Below, piece after piece: positions 17,216-27,016 of a DNA stretch of 64,000 nucleotides. Location of the stretch: the IMG/VR virus record IMGVR_UViG_3300045988_026316. The stretch is one strand, 5' to 3'. The notes under the pieces are model-generated. The model worked only from the letters and a program-made list of their open reading frames with translations, was not told the origin of the DNA and did no database searches. Within the stretch, counting starts at the first letter, position 1; each line of letters opens with the position of its first letter. A program made the position numbers and the translations under genes. Source of the DNA: a virus.

Positions 17216-17659
17216 ATGAAACATTTCATCAAAGCATCGCTCATTGTAGCGGTAGTGTGGGCTGTGGTCGTAAGTATGGCGTTGTCAACGTCATCATGCG
17301 AGCATAAGCCCGACGTAACACCGGTTGATACCACAACAGTGGTTTCAAAACCGGCTGAACAGTGGTCCAGAGTGACGGACTTCTTGAGTTGGGTCAACGA
17401 CGAGGTCAACAGCAATTATTGCGACAGTATCATCTTTAAGGCAATGTCGCCTGAAGACTTGTACAATGTTGCAACTGTTGTTTCGTCAAAGAGCGAATCA
17501 TTCACTAAAAAGGATATTGTACGAGAGTTCCTCGATCGTAAGGATGTTTATTCCGCCTTGCGAGGGAAACACACGGCAGATTCTATAGTATGTGATACAA
17601 AAGATACTATCATTGATGGTGTCAAAGTCCAACTTATAAACAATTCTCGCTATGAGTAA
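17216..17659 (+). CDS. putative lipoprotein
   Basis: It has a signal-like N-terminus ending in LSTSSC, and the upstream box CATTATCAAAATG. Confidence 0.6.
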   Translation: MKHFIKASLIVAVVWAVVVSMALSTSSCEHKPDVTPVDTTTVVSKPAEQWSRVTDFLSWVNDEVNSNYCDSIIFKAMSPEDLYNVATVVSSKSESFTKKDIVREFLDRKDVYSALRGKHTADSIVCDTKDTIIDGVKVQLINNSRYE

Positions 17660-18173
17660 AAGAGTAGAGCTCCTCCGCAAACCAGCAAAGTATATTGTCG
17701 TTGTGGAGTACAACGGTAAGATGCCGAGTATTGAAGATCAGCGTAAGATTGTCGAAGCATTCGTCGATCTTTGTGCTGACGGATTGGTGAACTATCCAAA
17801 CGTGTCTGTTCTCAACGCAGATGACATCACGAAGATTGTTGTCAAGCACATTGTTGAGTCTAGTGATCGATTTGAGCAGCCTGAAGTGGCGATAACGCCC
17901 GAAGCGGCTGCCGCAAAGGTCATTGGTACAACTTTTGAGAGCAAACTCGAAAGTGGCAATCCTGCTGTGATCACACTTGCGTTTAACGCAGCACTGGTGA
18001 AGCACTTGAACAGTAACACTGACGTGTCGAGAGCATTACGAAGCGCATTCGTGGTGCTCAGCAGAGACAACGTGTTCATCAAGATACCTCTTGAACTTCG
18101 TGAGAAGTACAACATCACGAAAGAGGTTATCAACATCATCCGTGATCTGGCAAAGATACACCAGCTTCGTTAG
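17652..18173 (+). CDS. hypothetical protein (ends in TAG)
   Basis: Track ORF whose stop is TAG 18171-18173. The next in-frame non-TAG stop is TAA 18201-18203. Confidence 0.6.
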   Translation: MSKRVELLRKPAKYIVVVEYNGKMPSIEDQRKIVEAFVDLCADGLVNYPNVSVLNADDITKIVVKHIVESSDRFEQPEVAITPEAAAAKVIGTTFESKLESGNPAVITLAFNAALVKHLNSNTDVSRALRSAFVVLSRDNVFIKIPLELREKYNITKEVINIIRDLAKIHQLR

Positions 18174-18174
18174 T

Positions 18175-18312
18175 ATGAGTAGATCGTACAAGGACTATCG
18201 TAAAGATAGTCAGCCTGTAAAGGCAAAACGTCATAAACAAATGACGCCGTACAACAGATCCTTCAGACATAGCACAGTGTTTGATGAAGATTTAGACAAA
18301 TATGTGTATTAA
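18175..18312 (+). CDS. small basic protein (45 aa)
   Basis: ATG 18175 lies in the frame of track ORF 18091..18312. Confidence 0.4.
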   Translation: MSRSYKDYRKDSQPVKAKRHKQMTPYNRSFRHSTVFDEDLDKYVY

Positions 18313-18336
18313 TTAACTTTTAAACATTTATCAAAA

Positions 18337-18906
18337 ATGGCAAACAAGAACAGTGTAAAGCCTGCAAAGGCAACAACCCCGGTAGTAATGACCAGCGACA
18401 ACGTGATGGACGTGATCAACGCCAAGAATCTCGGTAGCTCTGAGATGGCCACGAAGATCCAGGAAGAGCTCAAGAATGAGCAGGACGAGCGCATCAAGGA
18501 GATGAAGAAGGTGCGCTTCTCGCGCGCCTCATTCAAGGAGGCAAAGACTCTCATCGATGTTCGTCGTCGCAAGCGCGAGATGGAGATCACCAAGGAGGAG
18601 TTGGTCCGTCGTTCAGACTTCGTGAAGTTCCTGATGGGCTTCGAGGTCACACGTGAGTTCCTCGATCATCACAAGGTCAAGGGCGATGAGATGACTCTCA
18701 AGATGCCTGGCAAGGACAACAAGCTTGAGGACAAGAAGGTCAAGCTTGGTGACAAGTTCGAGCCGTGTATCGACATCACCGACTACGATGTCTGGGAGAG
18801 CAAGATCAACGACGACATCTACGAGCTTCGTCGCAAGTGCGATGATCAGTTCGACAAGGAGATGAACAAGGTGCGCCTCGCGTTTGGCGAGTACTACAAA
18901 TGGTAA
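18337..18906 (+). CDS. hypothetical highly charged protein
   Basis: Track ORF with G/C-ending codon preference and the upstream box CATTTATCAAAAATG. Confidence 0.65.
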   Translation: MANKNSVKPAKATTPVVMTSDNVMDVINAKNLGSSEMATKIQEELKNEQDERIKEMKKVRFSRASFKEAKTLIDVRRRKREMEITKEELVRRSDFVKFLMGFEVTREFLDHHKVKGDEMTLKMPGKDNKLEDKKVKLGDKFEPCIDITDYDVWESKINDDIYELRRKCDDQFDKEMNKVRLAFGEYYKW

Positions 18907-19338
18907 TCTATCATCAGATAGTATCTGTAAATAGAACTACAAAGTCCAACTCAAGAGCCTAAGAACCATGAGCGCTTTTGAAATATTAATAACCCGATGT
19001 ATCACTCAATATGACCGCAGATGGATCATGATTGTTTGGAGCCGTAGAAACGTATTTTAAAAGCATAAGAATCGACTTATCACACAGAGCCATGAGCCAA
19101 TGTGGGACGAAAACACTCTAACAGGGGTGGATAAACTACTGTCGTATCAAATGATCGAACATGCAAGAACTATAAGTCTTTAAGGCCCCTACATATGCGT
19201 GTAGGTTCCGTCTTGAAGTGTGTTTTATCAAAGAGAATATAGTTAGCCCAAACAGAATCTTGAATCAGTTTTGGAATCTCTAACTATCGCAGTATTTCGT
19301 AGCGTGCTGCATCCATAGGGAGTTTGGCCATTCTCTAT

Positions 19339-19399
19339 GGAACTATGTGTGGGGATGAGTTAATCATACAAGACGTGGGTTCGAATCCCACTAGGTCCA
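19339..19399 (+). ncRNA. D-arm-less tRNA-like element TLE3
   Basis: Acceptor GGAACTA/TAGGTCC pairs at 6 of 7 positions. The T arm is GTGGG-TTCGAAT-CCCAC, and there is an internal imperfect hairpin around AGTTAAT. Confidence 0.4.
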
Positions 19400-19626
19400 C
19401 GAATTCCATAAGTTTTTTAATTGATGTTTTTTAATTATTGTTTATTATCGTAACTCATAGGGTAACGGTTCGTGAGAATAGTTACTCATTTTATGGGCCT
19501 AACTGGTTTTGATTGTATGAGGAAGTAAATCCGTTAACTGCGCATTAAACATCAACTGGCGATTATAATATCGTAGATTACACTCACATAGCGTAAGTGC
19601 TAATCAGGTTCGACTACCAAAGTGTC

Positions 19627-19673
19627 ATGGGCGAGTAATAGGACTGTATGGGGTTCGATCCCCCACGCCCAAC
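19627..19673 (+). ncRNA. acceptor/T-arm minihelix TLE4
   Basis: Acceptor ATGGGCG/CGCCCAA pairs at 6 of 7 positions. The T arm is TGGGG-TTCGATC-CCCCA, with only a 15-nt connector. It ends 16 nt before ATG 19689. Confidence 0.4.
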
Positions 19674-19688
19674 TAAAACAGAATCAAT

Positions 19689-20222
19689 ATGAAACACTCA
19701 TCAAAAGGTTTCCGAGGAATGATACGTGACAGATTACCTGTACATGTTGATATTGCTTTACAAATTTGTAAGTGCAAAAATAATTATATTGAGCACATAT
19801 ATAACAAGTTTGTAAAAGATATGCCTGTAGAACAAAGAAGTCTTGCTGTAAAGCAAGCTCTTGGTTTAAAACAGGCTGTGACTGCTGAAGACGTGAGAGT
19901 ATGGTCATGGAAACATGCAAACATACTTAAACAACACAGATACAGTATTCACAACATACCGAAAAGAATGTTTTTCCATACGTTTTGGACAAGTATTAAT
20001 TTTCCAGACTTAGATAAAGATGTCTTTGAAAGATTCAAAATAGCTGATAAATGGGTACAATATCTACAAAGAATGTATCCTGTTTTTCAAAACATATATG
20101 ATATAAATCATAACGTGCTATACAAATCAGAAGAAGATACTATCAAAGAACTGGAATCGAAATACAAGTTAACTCAAGATGTAGTAAAAATAATTCTAAA
20201 GCACATAAAACATGGTACGTAA
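19689..20222 (+). CDS. hypothetical protein
   Basis: Track ORF. Confidence 0.6.
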   Translation: MKHSSKGFRGMIRDRLPVHVDIALQICKCKNNYIEHIYNKFVKDMPVEQRSLAVKQALGLKQAVTAEDVRVWSWKHANILKQHRYSIHNIPKRMFFHTFWTSINFPDLDKDVFERFKIADKWVQYLQRMYPVFQNIYDINHNVLYKSEEDTIKELESKYKLTQDVVKIILKHIKHGT

Positions 20223-20655
20223 TCAATTCCCATTGAGCGCAGGCACATATATGTGTCAACGCGACACGGACCTCATCATAATCGTGGTGAAAGGTCTATT
20301 TCCTACGTTACAATTAGACGGAGGTTTTGACTTGGGGTATTTCCTCAAGAAGCGCAAATTAAGAGAAGCATCAAAAGAGATACTGGCTAATATTGAGCTG
20401 TTCCCTGAGATGTGGACCTTTACACCTATGCGTGGCATGAACTATTCTGTTTTTGCAAAGAACGAATTCCATACAACAGGAAAGCTCGAACTCCCGATGG
20501 ATAGGGAGACCGATATCAAGGAACAGTACTACTTGCTCACTCAGCAGGGAGTGTCTAGTACCAAGATTATTCGAGCTCTTGTACAAGAATTTAAGGTTTC
20601 GGTGGATACCATCTGTGATTTAATAAACGGATTTGATAGGCAAGCTCTATGTTAA
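20212..20655 (+). CDS. hypothetical protein
   Basis: Track ORF overlapping its neighbours. Confidence 0.6.
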   Translation: MVRNQFPLSAGTYMCQRDTDLIIIVVKGLFPTLQLDGGFDLGYFLKKRKLREASKEILANIELFPEMWTFTPMRGMNYSVFAKNEFHTTGKLELPMDRETDIKEQYYLLTQQGVSSTKIIRALVQEFKVSVDTICDLINGFDRQALC

Positions 20656-21032
20656 TAGGTCATACCTTTACTATCAAGGATAAGAACAACTCATTACGAG
20701 ATCGTTACGAACTACTCTTGCCGTTTGTGAAGCAACATTCTCACTTAGTGGCGATAAATCGATATGAGACGTTCGGACCGTATCCACCAACCTTTATTAC
20801 TAATCATATGTTTGCAGAGATGTGGGACTTCAACCAATGGATACTCGGGAATATCCTGTGTGAACTTGGAAGAGCCAGCTATCTCACAATAGGAGTATTA
20901 CTTCGTATAGCAACATCTAAGCTGAATAAGCTTGATTTAACTAAAGAAGAAAAGCTCTTAATTCATACAAACATGACTAGAAATATATGGAATGAATTCT
21001 ACAGAATAGAGAATGAAGAACTTCCATTCTAA
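20649..21032 (+). CDS. hypothetical protein ending in ...ENEELPF
   Basis: Track ORF. Its C-terminal acidic-LPF tail resembles an SSB tail. Confidence 0.6.
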   Translation: MLIGHTFTIKDKNNSLRDRYELLLPFVKQHSHLVAINRYETFGPYPPTFITNHMFAEMWDFNQWILGNILCELGRASYLTIGVLLRIATSKLNKLDLTKEEKLLIHTNMTRNIWNEFYRIENEELPF

Positions 21033-21040
21033 CCCTGAAG

Positions 21041-21074
21041 ACAGGAGGGAGTAGGCAGATTGAGGCCCTCCTGT
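21041..21074 (+). terminator. 9-bp GC hairpin between genes
   Basis: ACAGGAGGG pairs with CCCTCCTGT, followed by TTACAA. The T-tract is weak. Confidence 0.4.
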
Positions 21075-21104
21075 TTACAATGCACACAAAAGTGCAGATT
21101 GTGT

Positions 21105-21659
21105 ATGAACTTACCAGACATTACTCCAGAAGAAATAACTCTGGTTAAGAACGCGAAAGAAGGAAAACCGCATTCCTTCACTGCTCTATTCAAGAGATAT
21201 AAACATTTTGTAGATCATGTGCTTTACGAATATGTAAAAGACATGGACGAGGCACGTGATTTAACAAATGTTGTATTTCTTAAGGTCTACCAGAAACTCC
21301 CAAGCTTCACTGAATATAAATCATTTGGTGGATGGTTGAGAGTTATCTCAAATCGAGTTGCTGTGGATTATTTACGATTACGTTCGAAACACCGATTTAC
21401 AGAAGATGTTGAAAAGGACTGGGTTGTACCGAAACAGAAAGAAGTTAATGAGACCGATCTGATCAATCGGTTGATTTATCAGGAGTCTGTGGACTACTTC
21501 AAAACCCTACCACATTCTCAAGGTCGTATAAACGAACTATATTATTGTAATAGTTACACAGTCGATGAGATTTCAAAAGCCTTATTCGTGCCCCTAGGTA
21601 CTGTAAAATCAGTCCTATTTAGGACACGTAAGGAATTACGTAAACTTTTTAAACATTAA
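21105..21659 (+). CDS. ECF-type sigma-70 family factor
   Basis: Region-2-like FTALFKRYKHFVDHVLYEY...DLTNVVFLKVYQKL...GWLRVISNRVAVDYLR and region-4-like YTVDEISKALFVPLGTVKSVLFRTRKELRK. ATG 21105 is preferred because the track TTG 21060 lies inside the upstream hairpin. Confidence 0.75.
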   Translation: MNLPDITPEEITLVKNAKEGKPHSFTALFKRYKHFVDHVLYEYVKDMDEARDLTNVVFLKVYQKLPSFTEYKSFGGWLRVISNRVAVDYLRLRSKHRFTEDVEKDWVVPKQKEVNETDLINRLIYQESVDYFKTLPHSQGRINELYYCNSYTVDEISKALFVPLGTVKSVLFRTRKELRKLFKH

Positions 21660-21663
21660 CAAA

Positions 21664-22068
21664 ATGAGTCTACTTATTTATTGCATCGTAGCTGTGCTTC
21701 TCGCTTTCGCCATTGGTCGATCAAAGCGTTCAGCAAAGCTTTTTTGGCTGCTCATTACCTGTTTCGGTATTGGTGCCATTGGTGCAGCTATCTTCTCTTC
21801 GTGTGAGAAGATTAAGGGGACTGATGATGTTGAGAAGAAAGCTTTCACGTCGATGAACGCTGGGGTGCAGAAGTCAGCCATTGTTGCAGACATTGCCCCA
21901 GTGTACATTGCTCTCTTTGAGCAGCCTTCGATGAGTCAGAAGCAATCTTATCACTATGACATCATTCCAGTATCTCATGCTGCAAGTAGCTCTGACATTA
22001 CTGTCAGGGGAAATTTCATCAATCTCTTAAACCCAGGATTAGTGTTTAAGTACTTTGACACATCATGA
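21664..22068 (+). CDS. membrane protein directly downstream of sigma factor (anti-sigma candidate)
   Basis: It has two N-terminal hydrophobic helices and starts 5 nt after the sigma stop. Confidence 0.5.
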   Translation: MSLLIYCIVAVLLAFAIGRSKRSAKLFWLLITCFGIGAIGAAIFSSCEKIKGTDDVEKKAFTSMNAGVQKSAIVADIAPVYIALFEQPSMSQKQSYHYDIIPVSHAASSSDITVRGNFINLLNPGLVFKYFDTS

Positions 22069-22143
22069 ACCTAGAGTCTTCCATGCGGATAGATGATAAG
22101 TTCATTCATTAAATTAAGTTTAACAGTTTAAATCATTATCAAA

Positions 22144-23769
22144 ATGAGCAAGAAGAACAAGAAGAACAACAAAGTTGTGACACCTCCCGTAGTTGAGACT
22201 AAGCAGGAGGAGAGTGAGGTTAAGGACACGAATGTCCAGGTGGATAACGAGCAGGATGCTGAGCAGAATGCTGATACCAAGGTGGAGACTCCGATGGTTC
22301 CACCTCAGCTCGATTTGCCGCTCATGCCGAGTACTGATGTGCAGGCAAACGGCCTCGATCCTAACCATCAGGTGGACCTGATCAGGATGACGCACGAGTA
22401 CTTCAAGAACTCTCCTGATCTTATTCAGAAGTTCGACATTTCGCAGGGTGTTGTTGACAACATGAATCATGTCAACATGATTGCCATTGCCGCAGCATGG
22501 GCCAATGAGATGACATTCTCTAAGACCCCGTTCGCAGGAAAGCTGCGTACCGCAGTGCTGCCTGAGATGGCAAGTGCTCTTAAGGAGCTCGGTATCAAGG
22601 CAGATAAGATTCTCGCCTTGCCGTCTTCATCTGACGGTACTACAACCGTCACGTCTAAGGATGTTCAGATTCCTAAGACCGTGAAGGACCAGATGAAGGC
22701 CGAGAACAAGATCCAGCAGGAAAAGATTGAGCTCGACCCCACGAAGATTCACAACAAGACTGAGGTCTTTAAGACCGTCCAGTATCTTCTTACGAACAAG
22801 GGTGCTGTTTACAGCAACATCAAGGCCGCTGTGAACTTCTATCGTTCATGGCTTCTTATCCAAGCTAAGGATGACCAGGCCGAGAAGGACCGCATCAATG
22901 CACGTACTGTCAAGGATATCATCCTCGACATTGCAGACTTCACTAACGCATGTCCTTTCGTTCTGAAGGGTGTTGGTGGTTATCTGCTGCGTCTTACGAT
23001 GACTCACAATAGTATTGTTCCCGCATTCTGTATTATGCGTAATACGGTGCGTAACAAGGTGACCGGAAAGACGACATGTGACGAGCAGGAGATTGCCGAC
23101 ATCTGCTATGCAGTTGTCAATTGGGCAGCTAATGCTCGTATCTCTGAGAAGAAGAAGAACATCGAGGTCCTTAGCGCAGACAAGAAGCGCAACAAGGAGG
23201 CTATCGACGGTGTCAATGCTGACATCAAGGCCATTGAGGACGTTATCTCAATGCTCGATAACCCGAACAGCGACTTTGCTGACAACGTTCTTGACAACCT
23301 CAAGAGCGATGATGCAATCGTTGTTAAGCACGCTCAAGAGGCGTTCGGAATCATCGCTAAGTGCTACTATCCAGGCACTGACCTCCGCAAGCGTTACACC
23401 AACCTTGCGGACAACGTAAAACAACTTGCCGGAATCATCACGAATCTCTTCCGAGATCCGATGAGTCCGCTTAGCAACTTCAACATCGCAAATCTCGACC
23501 AGGAGCTCATTGAGGCTCCGAAGGACGAGGAGAAGCCTGCTGAGACTACTGAGAAGACTGACGAGTCTTCTGAGGAGTCTAAGGAGACTTCCGAGGCAAA
23601 CAATCCTGAGAAGGCTGACGAGTCTTCACAGGATTCCAAGGAGTCTGACGAGACTACTGAGGAGACGCCTGCAGAGGAACCATCTAAGGAAGAAAAAAAA
23701 ATGACTCCGAAGATGTCGCGCAAGATGAAGAAGGCTGCGAAGAAGCTCGGTCTTTCGCGCAAAAAATAA
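22144..23769 (+). CDS. hypothetical 541-aa protein with basic N- and acidic/basic C-termini
   Basis: Track ORF with strong G/C-ending codon preference and the upstream box CATTATCAAAATG. Confidence 0.7.
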   Translation: MSKKNKKNNKVVTPPVVETKQEESEVKDTNVQVDNEQDAEQNADTKVETPMVPPQLDLPLMPSTDVQANGLDPNHQVDLIRMTHEYFKNSPDLIQKFDISQGVVDNMNHVNMIAIAAAWANEMTFSKTPFAGKLRTAVLPEMASALKELGIKADKILALPSSSDGTTTVTSKDVQIPKTVKDQMKAENKIQQEKIELDPTKIHNKTEVFKTVQYLLTNKGAVYSNIKAAVNFYRSWLLIQAKDDQAEKDRINARTVKDIILDIADFTNACPFVLKGVGGYLLRLTMTHNSIVPAFCIMRNTVRNKVTGKTTCDEQEIADICYAVVNWAANARISEKKKNIEVLSADKKRNKEAIDGVNADIKAIEDVISMLDNPNSDFADNVLDNLKSDDAIVVKHAQEAFGIIAKCYYPGTDLRKRYTNLADNVKQLAGIITNLFRDPMSPLSNFNIANLDQELIEAPKDEEKPAETTEKTDESSEESKETSEANNPEKADESSQDSKESDETTEETPAEEPSKEEKKMTPKMSRKMKKAAKKLGLSRKK

Positions 23770-23773
23770 GTAC

Positions 23774-24262
23774 ATGCGCAACGAAGATGGCAGCCGCTTT
23801 CAAAGAGTTGTTTTCGTAAAAAACAAAAAAGCTATCAAAGCTATGGGTAAAATATCAGTTTTGTCGTTCTGCATAATATTCTTATTCTTAGGGATCAAGG
23901 GTATGCGCAGTAACTTGACGATCAGTGGCCCAACTCAGACAGTGTCTGCAAGTCAGCCACGTGCACCTGGTTTTGACATAAACCATTTGCGCACTAACGC
24001 CTTGACTCAACAGCGAGATACTGTACGTGATACAGTATACGTTGAATCAAAGCAAAGTTCAACACCAATGAGCGTAACGGTTGTGGCACCCAAACGCAAA
24101 CAGATTAAGTATCGTACTCGCAACAAGTCTTATCTGTTCATAGCAACACCACGGGATCGTGCAAAGCTCTCCCTCGATTCAGTACTGGCGGACAGTACTA
24201 TGCGCATATCAGAACTGACATGTGTAGGATCGAAAAACGTAAGAAGCTTAGCGAGGGATTGA
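23774..24262 (+). CDS. hypothetical membrane-anchored protein
   Basis: Track ORF with the hydrophobic segment ISVLSFCIIFLFLGI. The start is uncertain. Confidence 0.5.
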   Translation: MRNEDGSRFQRVVFVKNKKAIKAMGKISVLSFCIIFLFLGIKGMRSNLTISGPTQTVSASQPRAPGFDINHLRTNALTQQRDTVRDTVYVESKQSSTPMSVTVVAPKRKQIKYRTRNKSYLFIATPRDRAKLSLDSVLADSTMRISELTCVGSKNVRSLARD

Positions 24263-25900
24263 CAAGGTCTCCCTCGGTCAGTACATTTTAGTTATGTCTC
24301 ATTAGCATAGGTACTATATCGGTAAGACCACAGCTTGTCACTGAATCCGATGAATTAGACACGGTCGAGGATAATCAACCGTTAAACGACAACCAACAAA
24401 CTTGATCCGAGAATATGTTAACCCTCTCAAAGGGTGAGAAACTCAAAAGGTAGGATGAAATGCTATGAATGTGAAAAACTCATAGTAAGTAGGGTCAGCG
24501 TTGTATCAACCCTACTCTGTACATACATGAGAACCGTCTGGCGATGTGTGTATATGAAAAGACGCATAAGTCTCAAGAAGAGCAAAACGAACCGTATCGA
24601 TAAGTACAACAATGATACTAAGTTGTGCATTAACGTACACGAGTTGACATACATACAATTCCAACCTGTATGTAAGTATCAATAGCTTAGTTTAGTGTCA
24701 CACGCCTCCAAAGCGTGCATTGAGGAACGAAGAATTTCACGAAGACTATGAGAGTACTACTCATAGGGTGACCATTAGGATAGCCGTACGGAAGTCCCAC
24801 TGGTTCGATTCCAGTGATCTCAGTTGAATGGGAGACCGGGGATGGGGTGCAATAGTACAGAGTGAGACCGCCAGGCTTTAGTCGTTTATGCGGTATATAA
24901 AAGTAAAATGACCAGACTCTCGATGCAGGAGAGTAGTAGGAGTGAAAGCCTTACCCGACACGAGACCGGGTTCATAAGTCTGATGTTAAGTTTACAACTA
25001 GCCCTTAGCAAGCAATGTTGTATTCAAGCGAAAGCGAGTAGGGTGACGCCGGATAGTCAGCCTGAGCTACAGGATACGTAGCAAACAAAAAACAGAAGAA
25101 CTGATCGATTCGAAAACCAACATGCCAAGTTGGAAGGACCTCCGTCAGTTGTTAATACGAATAAGTTTTAGTAGTGTTAAGTATATATGGTACTTTTTAA
25201 GACTATGATACGAATGGTTTGGAGCCAGTAAAAATGTAGAATAAACGCCTACAAGTCGTAGCAGAATGCTTTTAACTTATCATATCAGTCTCCTTGACAC
25301 GAAATCAACCGACAGTCGTAGACGCATTTATAGAGTTAATTAACATGTTTAACAGTATGTCCTCCGGATGGAAGTAACGCTCACTATATCATACGTTGTA
25401 AGTATGTGAATGAGAATGGATAAGCTATCGTTGTAAGATAGACACTGCCTGTACCTCCCGGAAAGTTACTAATGGAATACACTATGTCGAATAGATAGGT
25501 AAAGCGCATACAGCAAATATGCGTGTATCGAGTCTATAGAACATATATCGTGAACCTAGTAGGCAGCTTCGTAGCCCATGAGACGCAGTGCAAAAGCGTA
25601 TGCAGGTTTGGTTCGGTAACGCGGCCATAATCACACTCCCCTGTCTCGGGATGTTGTGATAAGCAAGAAGTGGGTGATAATTAGTAATAGCGATAGGGTT
25701 GAAGTCCCAAGTAATATTTCATGAAAAAGAAGAACTGACAGCAAAGTCAGGGCAAAAAAGCCGTAGATACGCTTAGTATGTTCGATAATGAAACGCACTC
25801 CTCGCGTACTCTCTACTGGAAGAGAGCAGGGTAGGTTTTCGAGTAAGACGGATGATTTATGTCTCTACTATAATCATCTTGAGGAAACAATAGGCTTTTG
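24263..25900 (+). ncRNA. ~1.6-kb ORF-free, hairpin-dense region (candidate large structured RNA)
   Basis: No credible ORF lies on either strand. Many 5-8 bp stems are present, for example CTATGAG/CTCATAG, GTAGGGT/ACCCTAC, the GNRA hairpin GCGAAAGC, and the T-arm-like ACTGG-TTCGATT-CCAGT at 24799-24815. The box GTTTGGAGCC lies at 25217-25226. Confidence 0.35.
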
Positions 25901-26387
25901 TTGCTTTTAGCCTTTTATGCAAGCAACTCGGATGGAAACACAAAATATATCCGATCTTTCAATTTTCGTTGGTTAAGCCAGATTGAATCGAAATTTTGTC
26001 AACGTATTTATACTATGAGCATTAGTCGAGACGATTTGGTTGTTAGTAAGAATCATAAATACAAAAACTATTGGAGGTCTAGAAGAGTCCCTGAACCAGA
26101 CCTTCAAGAGTTATACGTATACACAGAAGTGTCAAGGATCATTCAAAGCTTTCCTGACGGTGACTATAGAGTAAGGGCTTAGCTAATCCTACCGTTGGAT
26201 TCCCAAATACACTGATTGAGCTTCTTAAAGGAATATAAAGGTGTAGGCTATAGAAAATAAAAGCGGCACACCATGTGTGCATCCTTTGAACGTATGACTT
26301 AAAACAAATAAACCGTTTCAGAGATAAATAACATTGTATAATTCGTATCGTTGGTCAATCACTGACGATCTCAAAGAGGATACGAAC

Positions 26388-27014
26388 ATGGAGAATAAAG
26401 TAAAAATTGACGCAGCAGTTCTGCGGGGTAATCGTATGGAGTTGAGTAACATTGGTGGAACGCTTGGTGGACGGTTCTTCCGCCTTAACAAGCACGCAAT
26501 TGACGATGAGTATGGTAATCTCATCGCACAGATTCGTAACACGGGTAACAAGGAGTTGTGCCTCAACCGAGGCATCAACCGGTACGCAATTCAGGGCTTC
26601 GATATTCATCGCATCGAGTTCAAGAACGCAGGTGACGGCACGCCGTGCGTCTTTATCAACGAGGGTGACAAGAACTCTCGTGGTGAGGACATGAGTGCAG
26701 TATGCCCCGTGGGCAATCGTAACCGACCGTTCACGGAGGCTTCCGAGGAGAGTATTGGCGAGGCTATTGAGTCTCAGCGACGGGATCTTATCTTTGCTGA
26801 TCCCGATGGTGTGGTGGATATCGTAAATCGCTACAACCAGAATGAGATGGCACGAATCGACAGTCTCATTCAGCAGCTCACCAAGGCTAAGAACAACATC
26901 GTTCAGACGATCGAGAACAACAACAAGCGTGCCATGGAGTACAAGAAGGAGTTACGGGACAGTAGTAAGACCGTGACATCCGCATCGATCGTTGGATCCA
27001 TTAGCGTCGAGTAA
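26388..27014 (+). CDS. hypothetical protein
   Basis: ATG 26388 lies in the frame of track ORF 26334..27014. It shows G/C-ending codon preference. Confidence 0.65.
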   Translation: MENKVKIDAAVLRGNRMELSNIGGTLGGRFFRLNKHAIDDEYGNLIAQIRNTGNKELCLNRGINRYAIQGFDIHRIEFKNAGDGTPCVFINEGDKNSRGEDMSAVCPVGNRNRPFTEASEESIGEAIESQRRDLIFADPDGVVDIVNRYNQNEMARIDSLIQQLTKAKNNIVQTIENNNKRAMEYKKELRDSSKTVTSASIVGSISVE

Positions 27015-27016
27015 CT

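Larger units (their letters stand above)
18907..19688 (+). ncRNA. ORF-free structured region (candidate ncRNA locus)
   Basis: These 782 nt hold no plausible ORF on the sense strand. They contain several 6-9 bp hairpins, two tRNA-like modules, and the box GTTTGGAGCC (19034-19043), which also occurs at 25217-25226. Confidence 0.3.

Noticed and set aside
18907-19688. A tmRNA or two-piece tmRNA, because of two T-arm/acceptor modules.
   Set aside because: There is no GGGG...-type 5' acceptor strand pairing to a ...CCA 3' end, no recognisable resume codon or tag ORF ending in a hydrophobic tail, and the module sizes do not fit.
24434-24685. An 83-aa forward ORF and an overlapping 63-aa reverse ORF inside the ORF-free region; also 25898..26182.
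   Set aside because: The first two products are Cys/Arg/Tyr-rich with no protein-like pattern and overlap each other on opposite strands. For 25898..26182, only the part from ATG 26015 (about 55 aa) looks marginally protein-like, so it is not called.
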